Source: an uncultured Verrucomicrobiota bacterium
Lineage (GTDB): Bacteria > Verrucomicrobiota > Verrucomicrobiia > Limisphaerales > UBA9464
Reading direction: 5' to 3'
DNA length: 64,000 nucleotides
Assembly: GCA_903939515.1 (NCBI GenBank)
Contig: CAJAHH010000015.1
Span: 7,058-71,057 of the forward strand
Under the pieces are notes generated by a model. The model made no database searches, was not told the DNA's origin, and was given only the letters and a program-made list of their open reading frames with translations. Each line of letters starts with the position of its first letter. Within the stretch, counting starts at the first letter, position 1. Below, piece after piece: positions 49,183 through 59,340 of this stretch. A program made the translations under genes and the position numbers.

Positions 49183-52100
49183 ATGCTCCACCTCGCTGAG
49201 ACCCACCCGACCCTGCTGGACGAAATCGCCCGGCAATTGGCCTGCATCCGCGAGGTCCGGGCTCGGCACTGGTTAATCTTTCCCCGAAAAGGGCTCAGGG
49301 AAGCCACGCTCCATCGTTGGGCGCAAGCTTCAGGCATCGCGAGCCATTCTCAGGAGGTCGAACTCAAGGAACTCATCGAGCAGGCTTCCGGAGGCGGCAG
49401 CGCCCGATTTGATGTGGAACGCCTGCGCTGGACCATCGCCGCGGCCTTGCCCGATCTGCAAGACAGGCCTGAGTTCCCCCTGCCCCGCGAAGCCTCATTA
49501 AGCCCGCTCGACGCCACGGTACTAGCCTCGGCCACCCAATTGGCCCGGGTCATTCATGAAACGCTGCTCTGCCGCACCGGCGACCGGATCTGGCCCGAGG
49601 GTTCTTTTCTGGCGGCATTGGTTGCCGAGAGCACAGTGGCCGAGCTGCTCAAGACCCATCCCGGGCTTCAGACCGACGCCGAATTCGCCATCTCGGCGAG
49701 GACTTGGATGGAATCCTGGCGATCCAAAGGCGGGCTTCCGCACCTCTGGATCCTGCTGGATGCCGGACTACCGGCCGGGCTATTCCAACGCCTGCTGCAA
49801 CTGCTGCAATGCCTGCATGTTCAGGCACCCGAACACATCCACTTGTTCGCCATGGCGCCCAGCCGGGATTACTGGGCCGACCTGCCCATCAAGTCTAAGG
49901 CCAAGGGCCGGGCCAAATCCCATCTCCCCGCACACATGGCCGACCCGACCTCTTGCGAGCCAGCTCCGGGCGGGTTGCTCTGGGCCTTCGGTCGCGCTTC
50001 CCAAGATCTCCAACGCCAATTGGCCGACACCCTCATGGCCGTCGGCGACGGCGGTGCCGACCTCGACAGCGCTGAGCCTCCCGATTCCTTGCTGGGACGC
50101 CTCCAGACCTCGTGCCGAACGGCCGCCCACTTGCCTCCGGAGGCGCTGTGCCCGCTCGCCGCCAATGACGCCTCCCTGACCGTCCACGCCACCCACACGC
50201 TCCTTCGGGAATTAGAAGTCTGCCGGGATCGAATCCTTCAGGCCTTCCAAGAGTTGGAGGGCCTTCGGCACGAAGAAATTCTCATTCTATTGGCCAATCC
50301 GCGGGAGCAAGCCCCACTCATCGAAGCAGCGCTGGGAGGAGGATCCGAGGCGCGCCTCCCCTTCCGATTGGTGGGCGGTGGAGGGCTCGTGCCGTCCCCA
50401 TTCGCCACGAGCCTCTTGCAAGTGCTGGAGTGCCTGCAGGGCCGACTCACACTCAACGAAGTCCAAGAACTCCTCGAGAATCCGCTCATCGCCGATCGCT
50501 TCGACCTGAACGAAGCCGACGGCGATGGCCCGACCTTGGTGGAATGGCTTCAGGACGCCCAATTTCGATGGGGACTCACCCCGGAGCATCGGCGGATCTA
50601 TCAAGAGGTGCCGGAGCCTCGATGGAACCTCTTCTGGGCTCTGCGGCGCTTGGGCCTGGGTGGGTTGGTTGCCGAGGGTCGGAGGGATACCGTGCTGGCC
50701 GCCTCCGAAGACACTTCGGCCACCGTTCCCCTCGAACGCACCAACGGCCTGGGACTGGCCTTGCTGGCTCGCTTGGCCCGCTTCGCCACACAAATCTCCG
50801 AGGCCCGAAACCTTTGGTGCTCGGCGGGGCCTCGCTGCATTGCAGACTGGAATCAGGCTCTGGGCACGATCGTCCGCGAATGCCTTTCCACTCGCATCGG
50901 CAACGCGGCCGCTCATGCCGCGGCGCTCCACAGGGACATCCTCGAACCGCTCAGCAGGGCCGCCCACCCGACCCTCCCCCTCGAGGCCTCGGCCTACTTG
51001 CGACTGCTGGCCGAAAAGCTCCCGGCCTTGAGTGACTCAGGCAGTCGGGGTAGCGGCGGCATCACCGTCGCAGACCTGCGCCATTATGCCGGAGTGCCCG
51101 CCCGGGTCGTGGTGGTGGCGGGCTTGGATGACGGGGTGTTCCCGAGATCCGAAGACCGACCGGCCTGGCACCCCTTGGCGCTGAAGCCGGCAACGGGCGA
51201 TCCTTCGGCCCGAGACTCGGACCGCCACTGCCTGCTCTTGGCGATCTTGGCCTGTCAGGAGCGGCTCATCCTTACCTACCGCGGCCACTCCGATGAGGAC
51301 GGCAAGGAGCGTCCTCCCTCCACGGCATTATCCGACCTGTTAGAGGCGGCGAACCAAACCACGCCGACGGGTCTGAGCGCCCCTACTTCAACGGCCCCTT
51401 CGGCTCGAACTGCGCTCACCTTCCACCATCCGCTCAACGGGTTCAGCGGCCAGGCCTTCCGGGCCGACCAACCAGCCAGCGCCCGAGGCCAGCGCACCAG
51501 CGATCATGCGGCGGCCCTGGCCCTGAGAGACCGTCTCGGCTTCCCCCCTTATCCCGGTCCTTGGTCGGAGCCGGCTCTTCCGGCCGAGACTGGATGGAAT
51601 CCCTCGCTGGCCGATGTACGAACGGTGCTCGATCAACCCCAGCGCCTGTACGCCTCGCGCCTCGGGCTGCAATTGCCGGAGGAGGTCGAGACGGCCCGCG
51701 GCGAAGACCTCATCGATCCTGACGGCCTAGAACGCTGGGAGTTGCGGGACCGCCTCTTAACCGCCCGCCTGGAAGGGCGCGACACAGACGCTCTGGTCTC
51801 GGTGCTGACGGTTTCTGGCAGCCTCCCGCGGGGTAAAATTGGAGAAGCCCTGCTAACCAAAACGTTGTCTGAATTGCCCGAAGTACCCGTGTTTTCTCCG
51901 GGTGATCGACTCACCGATACCCTGAGATTTCGGCTGACCGAACCGGCTCTCACTATGGATAGAGACCCGGGTCTGGATTCGGGTTCGTCTCAGAATTCCT
52001 GGATGCTGGAGGGGCCTCCACGGGCACGCTGGTACCGTCGATCGGGCGAGGCAATTGTTTGGCAATTCTTTGCCTCTAAGTCGAACGACGCAGGCGATTA

Positions 52101-52638
52101 CCGCAGGCAACTGCTTTTTGCCTTCGATGCACTGGCCTTGGCGGCCTCGATGCCCGAATCGAATCCCGATCCCCTCACCGAGGCGCGTTGTGTGGGCCTC
52201 GACTCCACATGGACGATGCCGATGCCTCCTCCCGAGCAGGCACGAATTCAATTGCTCCGACTGGTCCGACTGGCCCGTTTGGCCCGCTGCTGGCCATTGC
52301 CTTTCTGGCCGAAGACGACCGGAGTCGCGTTGAAAAAAGGCAAAACATCCACGATCTCCGCCAGCGACAACGTCCCCAGTTTTCCGGCGAGCCACGATTC
52401 GGTAAAGGTGTTGGACGCAGCCTTCTCACAATGGGCTTCGGAGAACGAAGACAACTCTGGAGGTGCCGACTGCCGGCTTCCGTCCACCCGCGCGCTCTTC
52501 CGGGGCTGCGACAACCCCTATGAGTGGGCCCCGGAGGGTCTGCCCGAATGGCTGCCACATCCGGAGACACCCTTGGCCTGGCGTCTGATAGCTGAGACCG
52601 AATCGTGGCGGGCAACGCTGAACCTGACCTCCGAATGA
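49183..52638 (+). CDS. recC: Exodeoxyribonuclease V gamma subunit (divergent)
   Basis: PSRDYWAD, SLLGRLQ, SLTVHATHTLLRELEV, RWGL, GLDDGVFPR, DRH.LL.AILA.QE.L.L.Y and HHPL..FS; directly upstream of recB. Confidence 0.85.
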   Translation: MLHLAETHPTLLDEIARQLACIREVRARHWLIFPRKGLREATLHRWAQASGIASHSQEVELKELIEQASGGGSARFDVERLRWTIAAALPDLQDRPEFPLPREASLSPLDATVLASATQLARVIHETLLCRTGDRIWPEGSFLAALVAESTVAELLKTHPGLQTDAEFAISARTWMESWRSKGGLPHLWILLDAGLPAGLFQRLLQLLQCLHVQAPEHIHLFAMAPSRDYWADLPIKSKAKGRAKSHLPAHMADPTSCEPAPGGLLWAFGRASQDLQRQLADTLMAVGDGGADLDSAEPPDSLLGRLQTSCRTAAHLPPEALCPLAANDASLTVHATHTLLRELEVCRDRILQAFQELEGLRHEEILILLANPREQAPLIEAALGGGSEARLPFRLVGGGGLVPSPFATSLLQVLECLQGRLTLNEVQELLENPLIADRFDLNEADGDGPTLVEWLQDAQFRWGLTPEHRRIYQEVPEPRWNLFWALRRLGLGGLVAEGRRDTVLAASEDTSATVPLERTNGLGLALLARLARFATQISEARNLWCSAGPRCIADWNQALGTIVRECLSTRIGNAAAHAAALHRDILEPLSRAAHPTLPLEASAYLRLLAEKLPALSDSGSRGSGGITVADLRHYAGVPARVVVVAGLDDGVFPRSEDRPAWHPLALKPATGDPSARDSDRHCLLLAILACQERLILTYRGHSDEDGKERPPSTALSDLLEAANQTTPTGLSAPTSTAPSARTALTFHHPLNGFSGQAFRADQPASARGQRTSDHAAALALRDRLGFPPYPGPWSEPALPAETGWNPSLADVRTVLDQPQRLYASRLGLQLPEEVETARGEDLIDPDGLERWELRDRLLTARLEGRDTDALVSVLTVSGSLPRGKIGEALLTKTLSELPEVPVFSPGDRLTDTLRFRLTEPALTMDRDPGLDSGSSQNSWMLEGPPRARWYRRSGEAIVWQFFASKSNDAGDYRRQLLFAFDALALAASMPESNPDPLTEARCVGLDSTWTMPMPPPEQARIQLLRLVRLARLARCWPLPFWPKTTGVALKKGKTSTISASDNVPSFPASHDSVKVLDAAFSQWASENEDNSGGADCRLPSTRALFRGCDNPYEWAPEGLPEWLPHPETPLAWRLIAETESWRATLNLTSE

Positions 52639-55600
52639 GCGAATCCCCTCAATTCGATCCCCTGACGCAGGCCTTGTCCGGAGCCACGTCCATTGAGGCC
52701 AGTGCCGGCACCGGAAAAACTTATTCCATCACCCTACTCTGGCTGCGGTTGCTCATCGAACGGAGCCTCCGAGTGGACCAGATCCTCGTGAGCACCTTCA
52801 CTCAGGCGGCCACGGCAGAACTGCGCGAACGCCTGCTCACTTCGCTGCGGCGCGCGTTGTCGGCGGCCCAGGCGATTTCCGACGGACGCCCCGTCGACAA
52901 CCACGATGAGGCTCAGATCCTCACTCGGTGGTTGGCGCCAGACCCCGACGCGTGTGCGGCATTGACTGAACACCTGACTCAGTCGCTGAGCACCTTCGAC
53001 CTAGCCCCCATTCAAACGCTCCATGGGTTCTGCCAGTCGCTCATCAGTCGGCATTCCCTCGAGTTGGCCTGCGATCCAGACCTGAAGCTTCAGGAGAATT
53101 GCGACACGCTGCTCGAGCAAATCACTGGAGACTTCCTCATGGAGGAGTCCGACTCCCAGGCCCCCGATGCGGCCTCCCTCCGCCGGATGGCTCGAACACT
53201 TCAGGCGCGGCCCGCCGCGGACGTGCGGGGCGTGTCGCTAAGTCGCGAGCAATTGCGCGATGCCAAGGGCGCGTTGGTGTCCCAAATCACACACGAGGCA
53301 CCGGCCGCAATCGCAGGACTGAAGCTCGCGGTCAGCCGCAACGCCGTAGACAAATTGGTGAGGAACCTGGCCGAGACCGCCCAGTGGAAGGCGCTTAGCG
53401 ATTCGCAGGCCAAGAATCTGCCCCCGTCGTTCTTAGATCTTTGGGCCCGATATGCGCGGCTAGAGTTCTCTGAAAAACAGCTCCCGGCCTCCCGCCTGGC
53501 CGAGCGCATTCGTATCGAACTCCCGCGGCGCAAGACCCAGGCAGGTGTCCGAACCTTCGACGACATTTTACTGACGGTGCGCAATGCGCTGGTCACTCAA
53601 GGCTCTGAGGGGCCTCTGGCCCGGGCGGTCCGAAGTCGACTGAAAGCGGCCATTCTCGATGAATGCCAAGACAGCGATACCCTGCAAATTCAGGTCTTTC
53701 AGTCGCTCTTCGCCCACGCCGATACCGAGTCGTTCCTCATCATCGGAGACCCTAAGCAAAGCATTTACCGCTTCCGGGGCGCCGATTTGGCCAGCTACCG
53801 CTCGCTGGCGAAGTCAGTGCATCCGGCCCCGCGGATGACCGTGAACCATCGGTCCGATCAATCGCTGGTTGCGGCCATCAATCACCTCTACGGTCCGAGT
53901 TTCCGCTTCCCGGATTCGTTGGTGAGCGATGCCCCCTTCGAGTACGTGCCCGTGACTGCCCGGGCCACCGAAGACCGGATCTGGGATCCGGCACCACGAA
54001 AGGCCGTGGTCATCCAGTGGAGCCCAGAATCCGACCGGTACCGAGCCCTGCCCCGACTGGCCAGGCTCACCGCCCAAGAGATCGTGCGCCTGCTCCAAGA
54101 TCCCGTGGAGATTGCCGACCGGCACACCCACCTGCGTCGCCGCCTACTGCCGGGAGACATCGGGGTGCTGGCCGCCAACCACCGGGAACTCCGCCTGGTT
54201 CGCCGAGCTCTGCAGGCTGGCGGTATCGCCTGCCAATCCTCTGGTAAGGGCCTAGGCAGCGTGTTCGAGAGCGACGAAGCACTCGACGTTCTCGCATGGT
54301 TAGAACTGCTCGGCGCACTGCACCACCACGGCGAATTGCTCGGGCGGCTTTCGGCCTTCCTCGTGAGCCCGCTGGGCGCGGAGTCGGCCGCTCACGTCTT
54401 GGAGATCCAAACCCATCCCACCCTGCAGGCCGAGGCGTTCCAACGGTTCCTCCACGCACAACAAGAACTCGGACGGGTCGGACCCTTGGCACCATTGCTT
54501 CGGTGGATCACAAGCAGCGAAGTTTCGGCCCGAAACCTGGGTTACGCAGAGGGCGAACGGCGCATCACCAACTGGCGACAGGTGGGAGTGCTGCTGCAGG
54601 GGCGATTCGAGCAAGGACTCCGGAGCGCCGAATCGCTGGCCGCCTGGCTGGCTCGCCAAGTTTCCGATGCCCCGGAATCCCTCGGGGATGCCGCCGGTGA
54701 AAGCACCCTGATGCGCCTAGAGACCGATGCCTCGGCCGTGCAGCTCAACACGATCCATGGGGCCAAAGGGCTGGAGTACCCGGTGGTGTTCTGCCCCTTC
54801 CTGGGGATCGTCCGAGGACGGAGTCATCTCACCGCATCCAACACGGCCGTGGCACGGTTGAGCGACTCATGGGTGGTCGATGTCGGCTCCGAAGACTTCG
54901 AGCCCACTCAGGACGCTGCCCAAGTACAAGAGGCCGAAGAGGACGACCGTCGCCTCTACGTGGCACTGACCCGAGCTCGACACCGGCTCTACCTCGGTAT
55001 GGCCCCAATCATGGCTTCAAAACGGGGACCGAAGAACACCTCGGCATTAGAATCGCCGCTGGCCCTTTTACCCGGATTGGCAGCGCCATCGATGGATCAG
55101 TGGCCTACCTTCTGGAGTGCACTGGATCCGCACGAAATCGGCTTCTTGGCGGACTCTCCAACGACAACGGCCGCCGTGGCCTGCGAGTCGGCGTGGTCCA
55201 CCGGAGCGCCAGCGGGCACGCCGCCGGTTTCTGATGAACTCCTCAGCCCTCCGGCCCCGAGGCCTTATCTCTTCGCTCCGTTCGCTGTGCGTAGCTTCAC
55301 ATCGCTTTCTCGATCCGATCTTGACCACGACCTGAGCGCTGCAGACCGAGATCTGGCCGCCTTGGAGTCAACCCCATCCGGTGCGACCGAATCCGCAGAG
55401 AACACCGATGTTTTAGCAACTCTGGGGACGGCCGGCAGCCTCTTGGGCGATCAACTGCACCGCGCCCTCGAAGACTACCTAGGCAACGGCCGCTCTCTAG
55501 ATCAGGCCGTCGCCAGCTACGACCAACCCGAAAATTGGAAGCAGGCCCTCACAGGAATCCTCGAAGCCGATCTGGAGCTAGCACCGGGCGTGCGTTTTCG

Positions 55601-56114
55601 CCTCGGAGACCTTCGCGGCGATTGCATTACGGAGATGCAGTTTCACCTATCCGTGGGCCGTGTCTCGCCGGCGGCTCTGTCGGCGGTGCTCGTCCAAGAT
55701 TCAGGCATCCAAGCAATTCCCGGAGGGGCTGAATGGGCCGAGAGCCTGGCGGGATGGTCCTTCACGGAGTTCACCGGATTCCTGCAGGGTTTCATCGACC
55801 TGATCTTTGAACGGGGTGGACGCTGGTATGTCGCCGACTACAAGAGCAACCGACTCCAACGCTACCACCCGGCGGCCCTGAACCGGGTGATGCTCGACGC
55901 ACATTACTTGCTGCAGGCGCGTCTCTACCTATTAGCCCTGCACCGCCACCTGCGATCCACACTGGCCGACTACGACCCCGACCGGCACCTCGGCGGAGTC
56001 GCCTACCTCTTTGTCCGCGGTTTTCCCGGGCAGGGTGTGTGGCTCGATCGACCCCACGGCGAAGATCTGGATCGCCTCGATGCCCTGTTCCACAGACCTG
56101 ATCTCTGCTCATGA
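52635..56114 (+). CDS. recB: Exodeoxyribonuclease V beta subunit
   Basis: IEASAGTGKT, TFTQAATAELRER, DECQD, IGDPKQSIYRFRGAD, TIHGAKGLEYP and LYVALTRA; nuclease motif GFIDLIF...ADYKSN; ATGA coupling to recC. Confidence 0.93.
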   Translation: MSESPQFDPLTQALSGATSIEASAGTGKTYSITLLWLRLLIERSLRVDQILVSTFTQAATAELRERLLTSLRRALSAAQAISDGRPVDNHDEAQILTRWLAPDPDACAALTEHLTQSLSTFDLAPIQTLHGFCQSLISRHSLELACDPDLKLQENCDTLLEQITGDFLMEESDSQAPDAASLRRMARTLQARPAADVRGVSLSREQLRDAKGALVSQITHEAPAAIAGLKLAVSRNAVDKLVRNLAETAQWKALSDSQAKNLPPSFLDLWARYARLEFSEKQLPASRLAERIRIELPRRKTQAGVRTFDDILLTVRNALVTQGSEGPLARAVRSRLKAAILDECQDSDTLQIQVFQSLFAHADTESFLIIGDPKQSIYRFRGADLASYRSLAKSVHPAPRMTVNHRSDQSLVAAINHLYGPSFRFPDSLVSDAPFEYVPVTARATEDRIWDPAPRKAVVIQWSPESDRYRALPRLARLTAQEIVRLLQDPVEIADRHTHLRRRLLPGDIGVLAANHRELRLVRRALQAGGIACQSSGKGLGSVFESDEALDVLAWLELLGALHHHGELLGRLSAFLVSPLGAESAAHVLEIQTHPTLQAEAFQRFLHAQQELGRVGPLAPLLRWITSSEVSARNLGYAEGERRITNWRQVGVLLQGRFEQGLRSAESLAAWLARQVSDAPESLGDAAGESTLMRLETDASAVQLNTIHGAKGLEYPVVFCPFLGIVRGRSHLTASNTAVARLSDSWVVDVGSEDFEPTQDAAQVQEAEEDDRRLYVALTRARHRLYLGMAPIMASKRGPKNTSALESPLALLPGLAAPSMDQWPTFWSALDPHEIGFLADSPTTTAAVACESAWSTGAPAGTPPVSDELLSPPAPRPYLFAPFAVRSFTSLSRSDLDHDLSAADRDLAALESTPSGATESAENTDVLATLGTAGSLLGDQLHRALEDYLGNGRSLDQAVASYDQPENWKQALTGILEADLELAPGVRFRLGDLRGDCITEMQFHLSVGRVSPAALSAVLVQDSGIQAIPGGAEWAESLAGWSFTEFTGFLQGFIDLIFERGGRWYVADYKSNRLQRYHPAALNRVMLDAHYLLQARLYLLALHRHLRSTLADYDPDRHLGGVAYLFVRGFPGQGVWLDRPHGEDLDRLDALFHRPDLCS

Positions 56115-58006
56115 ATTCTGGTCCATCCCACCGACTCTCCAGTACCCCCGCGATCGTCCCCGACGGGTTCGAAGAACTGGCTCAAGCCATCTGGCCAACC
56201 GTGGCTAAAGACTCTCCACTGGCTGAGCATCAGCCGCGGCTCCGTAGCCTCTTGGCCGAGCTGATGAGGCGGGCCAGCACTGGCATCGGTTCGTTGCCAT
56301 TGACCGAGGCGGGGCTCAGTGCCGACGAGCGGATCGCGCTTGAACGGTGGACCGACTGCATCGCTATCGAAGGATCGGCCCTAGTGCTGCAACGCTACGC
56401 ACAGCAACTGCGAGAGATCCGCTCGTTCGTAGAAGCACGACTGCGTTCTCAAGATCCGCGACTGCCCGATGCCGAAGTGGCCCGCCATCTCGGGCAAATC
56501 CTACCACCGCAACGAATCAGCGGAACGGGCACCGGCTCGATCCAGACCCACTTCGACAACGCCCAGCAACGCCTGGCCATCGCTGCCCTCGTGGATGCGC
56601 CGGTGGGTGTCCTCACCGGAGGGCCTGGCACGGGTAAAACCACCACAGCGGCCGCGCTCTTGGCCGTCCGACACCGCATTGATGCGGCCCTGACTCCCGA
56701 CCAAATTCTCGTTGCCGCACCGACCGGCCGAGCTGCCAGCCGCATCGGAGAGGCGATCACACAATCTGCCGCCCGACTGACGGGGCTCGACGAGAGCGAC
56801 CGCGCCTTCCTGAAGGGGATTACCACGGTCACACTCCACCGAGCTTTGGAATGGGGACCGGAGCCTCCGGAACGTGGCGGCCCCTACCGGCGGAACGCGC
56901 TCCGACCGCTCCAAGTCCGTGTGATGCTGGTTGATGAAGCCAGCATGGTCGATTTGTCGTTGATGCATGCGCTGATCCGCGCCCTGCCGCCAGAGGCATC
57001 GCTGCTGCTGCTGGGCGACAGCGACCAACTGGAGAGCGTCGACGTGGGTGGTATCCTCTCTGAATTTGTCCAAAGAGCGGGCCAGAACCGCCTCCTTCCG
57101 GAGGCTCTGCAAACTCGCTTGGCAGCCCGGCTCGGGATTTCGAACGAACAAGTCCAAGCCGAGTACGATCAAGGGTTGCCCCACCTTCCCTCGGAAAGCC
57201 CCGGAGAGGCGCTGCCCGGACTGGTGGTGGGGCTCCGACACAGTTGGCGCGCGATGAACGCGCCCTGGGTTCTTGATCTTGCCGAGTGCGTTCGGCCCGG
57301 CGGCAGTCAGTCGCGGAGCTCTGTCGAGGAGTGCTTCAATCGGCATGCCTCGGCCGCCGAACCTGTTCTCACTTGGCATCGTGAGTCACCCGACCGATCC
57401 CGCCGGATCTTTTGCCAAGAGCGCTGGAAATCTTGGGGAGAGCTGGCCCGCACCTGGACCGAGCTCTGCCAGGACTCAGGTCCTGAGGCTCAGTCCCAAG
57501 GACAAGCTCGGAACGAGGCCTTGCGACTTCTGGGGCGATTTCAACTCCTCTGCAGCACCAATCATCAGGTGGACCGCGCCAACCAGGCCGGCACCGCGCT
57601 GCTTTGGGGCAAGGGGGCCCGACCTCTCAGCGAACTACCCCACGGTTGTCCGGTACTGGTTCTGGCCAACCTGCGTTCGCTTGGCCTAAGCAATGGCGAC
57701 ATCGGCATCGCCCTCGGACCCATCTCCGGTGGTCCGGCCACACTGGTTCTTTTTCCGGGGGGCGATGGAATCCCGAGGCTGATCCCGCGGGTCCGACTGC
57801 CGGCGCATCAACCGGCCTTCGGACTCACTATCCACAAAAGTCAGGGAAGCGAATGGGATTCGGTCGCCCTCGAACTGCCGTCCAACGCCGAGTCCCGGCT
57901 CCTCAGCCGCAACCTTCTTTACACGGGCATCACCCGATCTCGCCGAGTCCTCGACCTCTTCGGTACGCCGGAATCCCTCGATCTGGTGCTCAGGGGCTCA
58001 CCGTAA
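56111..58006 (+). CDS. recD: Exodeoxyribonuclease V alpha subunit
   Basis: TGGPGTGKTT, APTGRAA, TLHR.L, VDEASMVD, LGD.DQL.SV, NGDIG, TIHKSQGSE and LYTGITR; ATGA coupling to recB. Confidence 0.93.
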   Translation: MNSGPSHRLSSTPAIVPDGFEELAQAIWPTVAKDSPLAEHQPRLRSLLAELMRRASTGIGSLPLTEAGLSADERIALERWTDCIAIEGSALVLQRYAQQLREIRSFVEARLRSQDPRLPDAEVARHLGQILPPQRISGTGTGSIQTHFDNAQQRLAIAALVDAPVGVLTGGPGTGKTTTAAALLAVRHRIDAALTPDQILVAAPTGRAASRIGEAITQSAARLTGLDESDRAFLKGITTVTLHRALEWGPEPPERGGPYRRNALRPLQVRVMLVDEASMVDLSLMHALIRALPPEASLLLLGDSDQLESVDVGGILSEFVQRAGQNRLLPEALQTRLAARLGISNEQVQAEYDQGLPHLPSESPGEALPGLVVGLRHSWRAMNAPWVLDLAECVRPGGSQSRSSVEECFNRHASAAEPVLTWHRESPDRSRRIFCQERWKSWGELARTWTELCQDSGPEAQSQGQARNEALRLLGRFQLLCSTNHQVDRANQAGTALLWGKGARPLSELPHGCPVLVLANLRSLGLSNGDIGIALGPISGGPATLVLFPGGDGIPRLIPRVRLPAHQPAFGLTIHKSQGSEWDSVALELPSNAESRLLSRNLLYTGITRSRRVLDLFGTPESLDLVLRGSP

Positions 58007-58016
58007 AAGGACTCGT

Positions 58017-58952
58017 TCACCTCTTGGCAGTTCGCCTCGCCGAAAACAGGTTGCTCAGACTCGACGCGGTCCCCATCTGAAGACGGGCTGCGATCCATTT
58101 CAGGGTCATGGTTGTCTCCGCACGCAGCGTTAAGGCTATCTTGAGTTTCGCCGGGTCTCCCTTGCGACGCTCCGCCAAGTCAGTCTCCTTCCAACCGAGC
58201 TTCGCCAATGCTTCGCGCGCCAAACGTTCCGCCTTCTCAGTGGCCGGCTCCTGCAACTCCACGCCGGAGTTCAAAGCTGCTCCGCCCGACTCCAATTGCG
58301 CCACCAACTCTCGGCGAAACGAGTCATCACCCCAGCACCACCCTCGCCGAATTCCGGCGTAATCTTCTGGGTTTTCCTCGCGTCGCCGCTCTTCCATTAA
58401 TCGCTCGAACTGTTTTCGACCCGCCGAGCTTTCCTTGGGGATCCCCATTACCCCCAAGACCCGCTCCACCTGCAGCCATGCAGGCCGCCGGCGGTTCTGC
58501 TCTAGGTAGGCCGGATAGCTGCTCCACCGGTACGCCTGTAACGGCTCCGTAGGTTGCAGCAATTGGGCGCGCACGGGGTTGAGGTGGACATATTCGCAGA
58601 CCGTCCGCAGATAATCCGGCTGACCTGGATCAACCAAGAGAGCCTTGTAGCGTCCGCTGAAGAGGTGACCCGACACACCGTGACGCCGGTTGAACCTCAA
58701 GGTGTAGGTGCCCAAGAACCACTTCATCCCCGCCACCAAATTGCCCCGGGGCGTCTCCAGCACCAGGTGGAAGTGATTGCCCATGAGGCAATAGGCGTGA
58801 ACGAGCCAATCGGCCTTTACGCAGGTCTCGTCGAGTGTGCTGAGGAACAACTGGTGATCCACATCATCGCGGAAGATGGCTTCACGTCGATCCCCTCGAT
58901 TCATGACGTGGTAAATCGCTCCAGGGTACTCGATGCGCAGCTTACGGGCCAT
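58017..58952 (-). mobile_element. IS200/RAYT-like Y1 (HUH) transposase with C-terminal HTH extension
   Basis: MARKLRIEYPGAIYHVMNRG, AYCLMGNHFHL (HUH), GHLFSGRYKA, YVHLNPVRA (catalytic Tyr) and YRWSSY. Confidence 0.9.
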
Positions 58953-58985
58953 ATTGATCAGTTTGGCCGAGCCGGAGGATCTTGT

Positions 58986-59264
58986 AAATATGCTAGACAG
59001 GCCCTTTTTGTGTAAAAAGGTAGGACTGATGAATTTAGGAGGACGCACCCTGGCGGCAGCGGGATCGGTCCGGAGCGAGTACTGGAAGCGAACACCCAAT
59101 CCCCCCGCGCACAGCGCGAAAGCTCCAACTTCCCTTGAGCTTACCTGCGAGCGCAGAACCGTTCCTGCGGAGCTCCTCGAGGCACTCGTGCCCAGCGACA
59201 GCCCTGCCACCCCACCACCATAAAAATATGCAAGACAGGCCCTTTTTGTGTAAATAGGTGGGAC
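58986..59264. repeat. 41-bp direct repeat pair upstream of the transposase
   Basis: aaatatgc[t/a]agacaggccctttttgtgtaaa[a/t]aggt[a/g]ggac at 58986-59026 and 59224-59264; 38 of 41 positions identical. Confidence 0.9.
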
Positions 59265-59340
59265 CGACCCCGGCAGGGGGGATTTCAATGTTTGCGTGGC
59301 CTCTGGGGGGAAGGCGTGGTTTTATTTAGGGCCAGAACAC

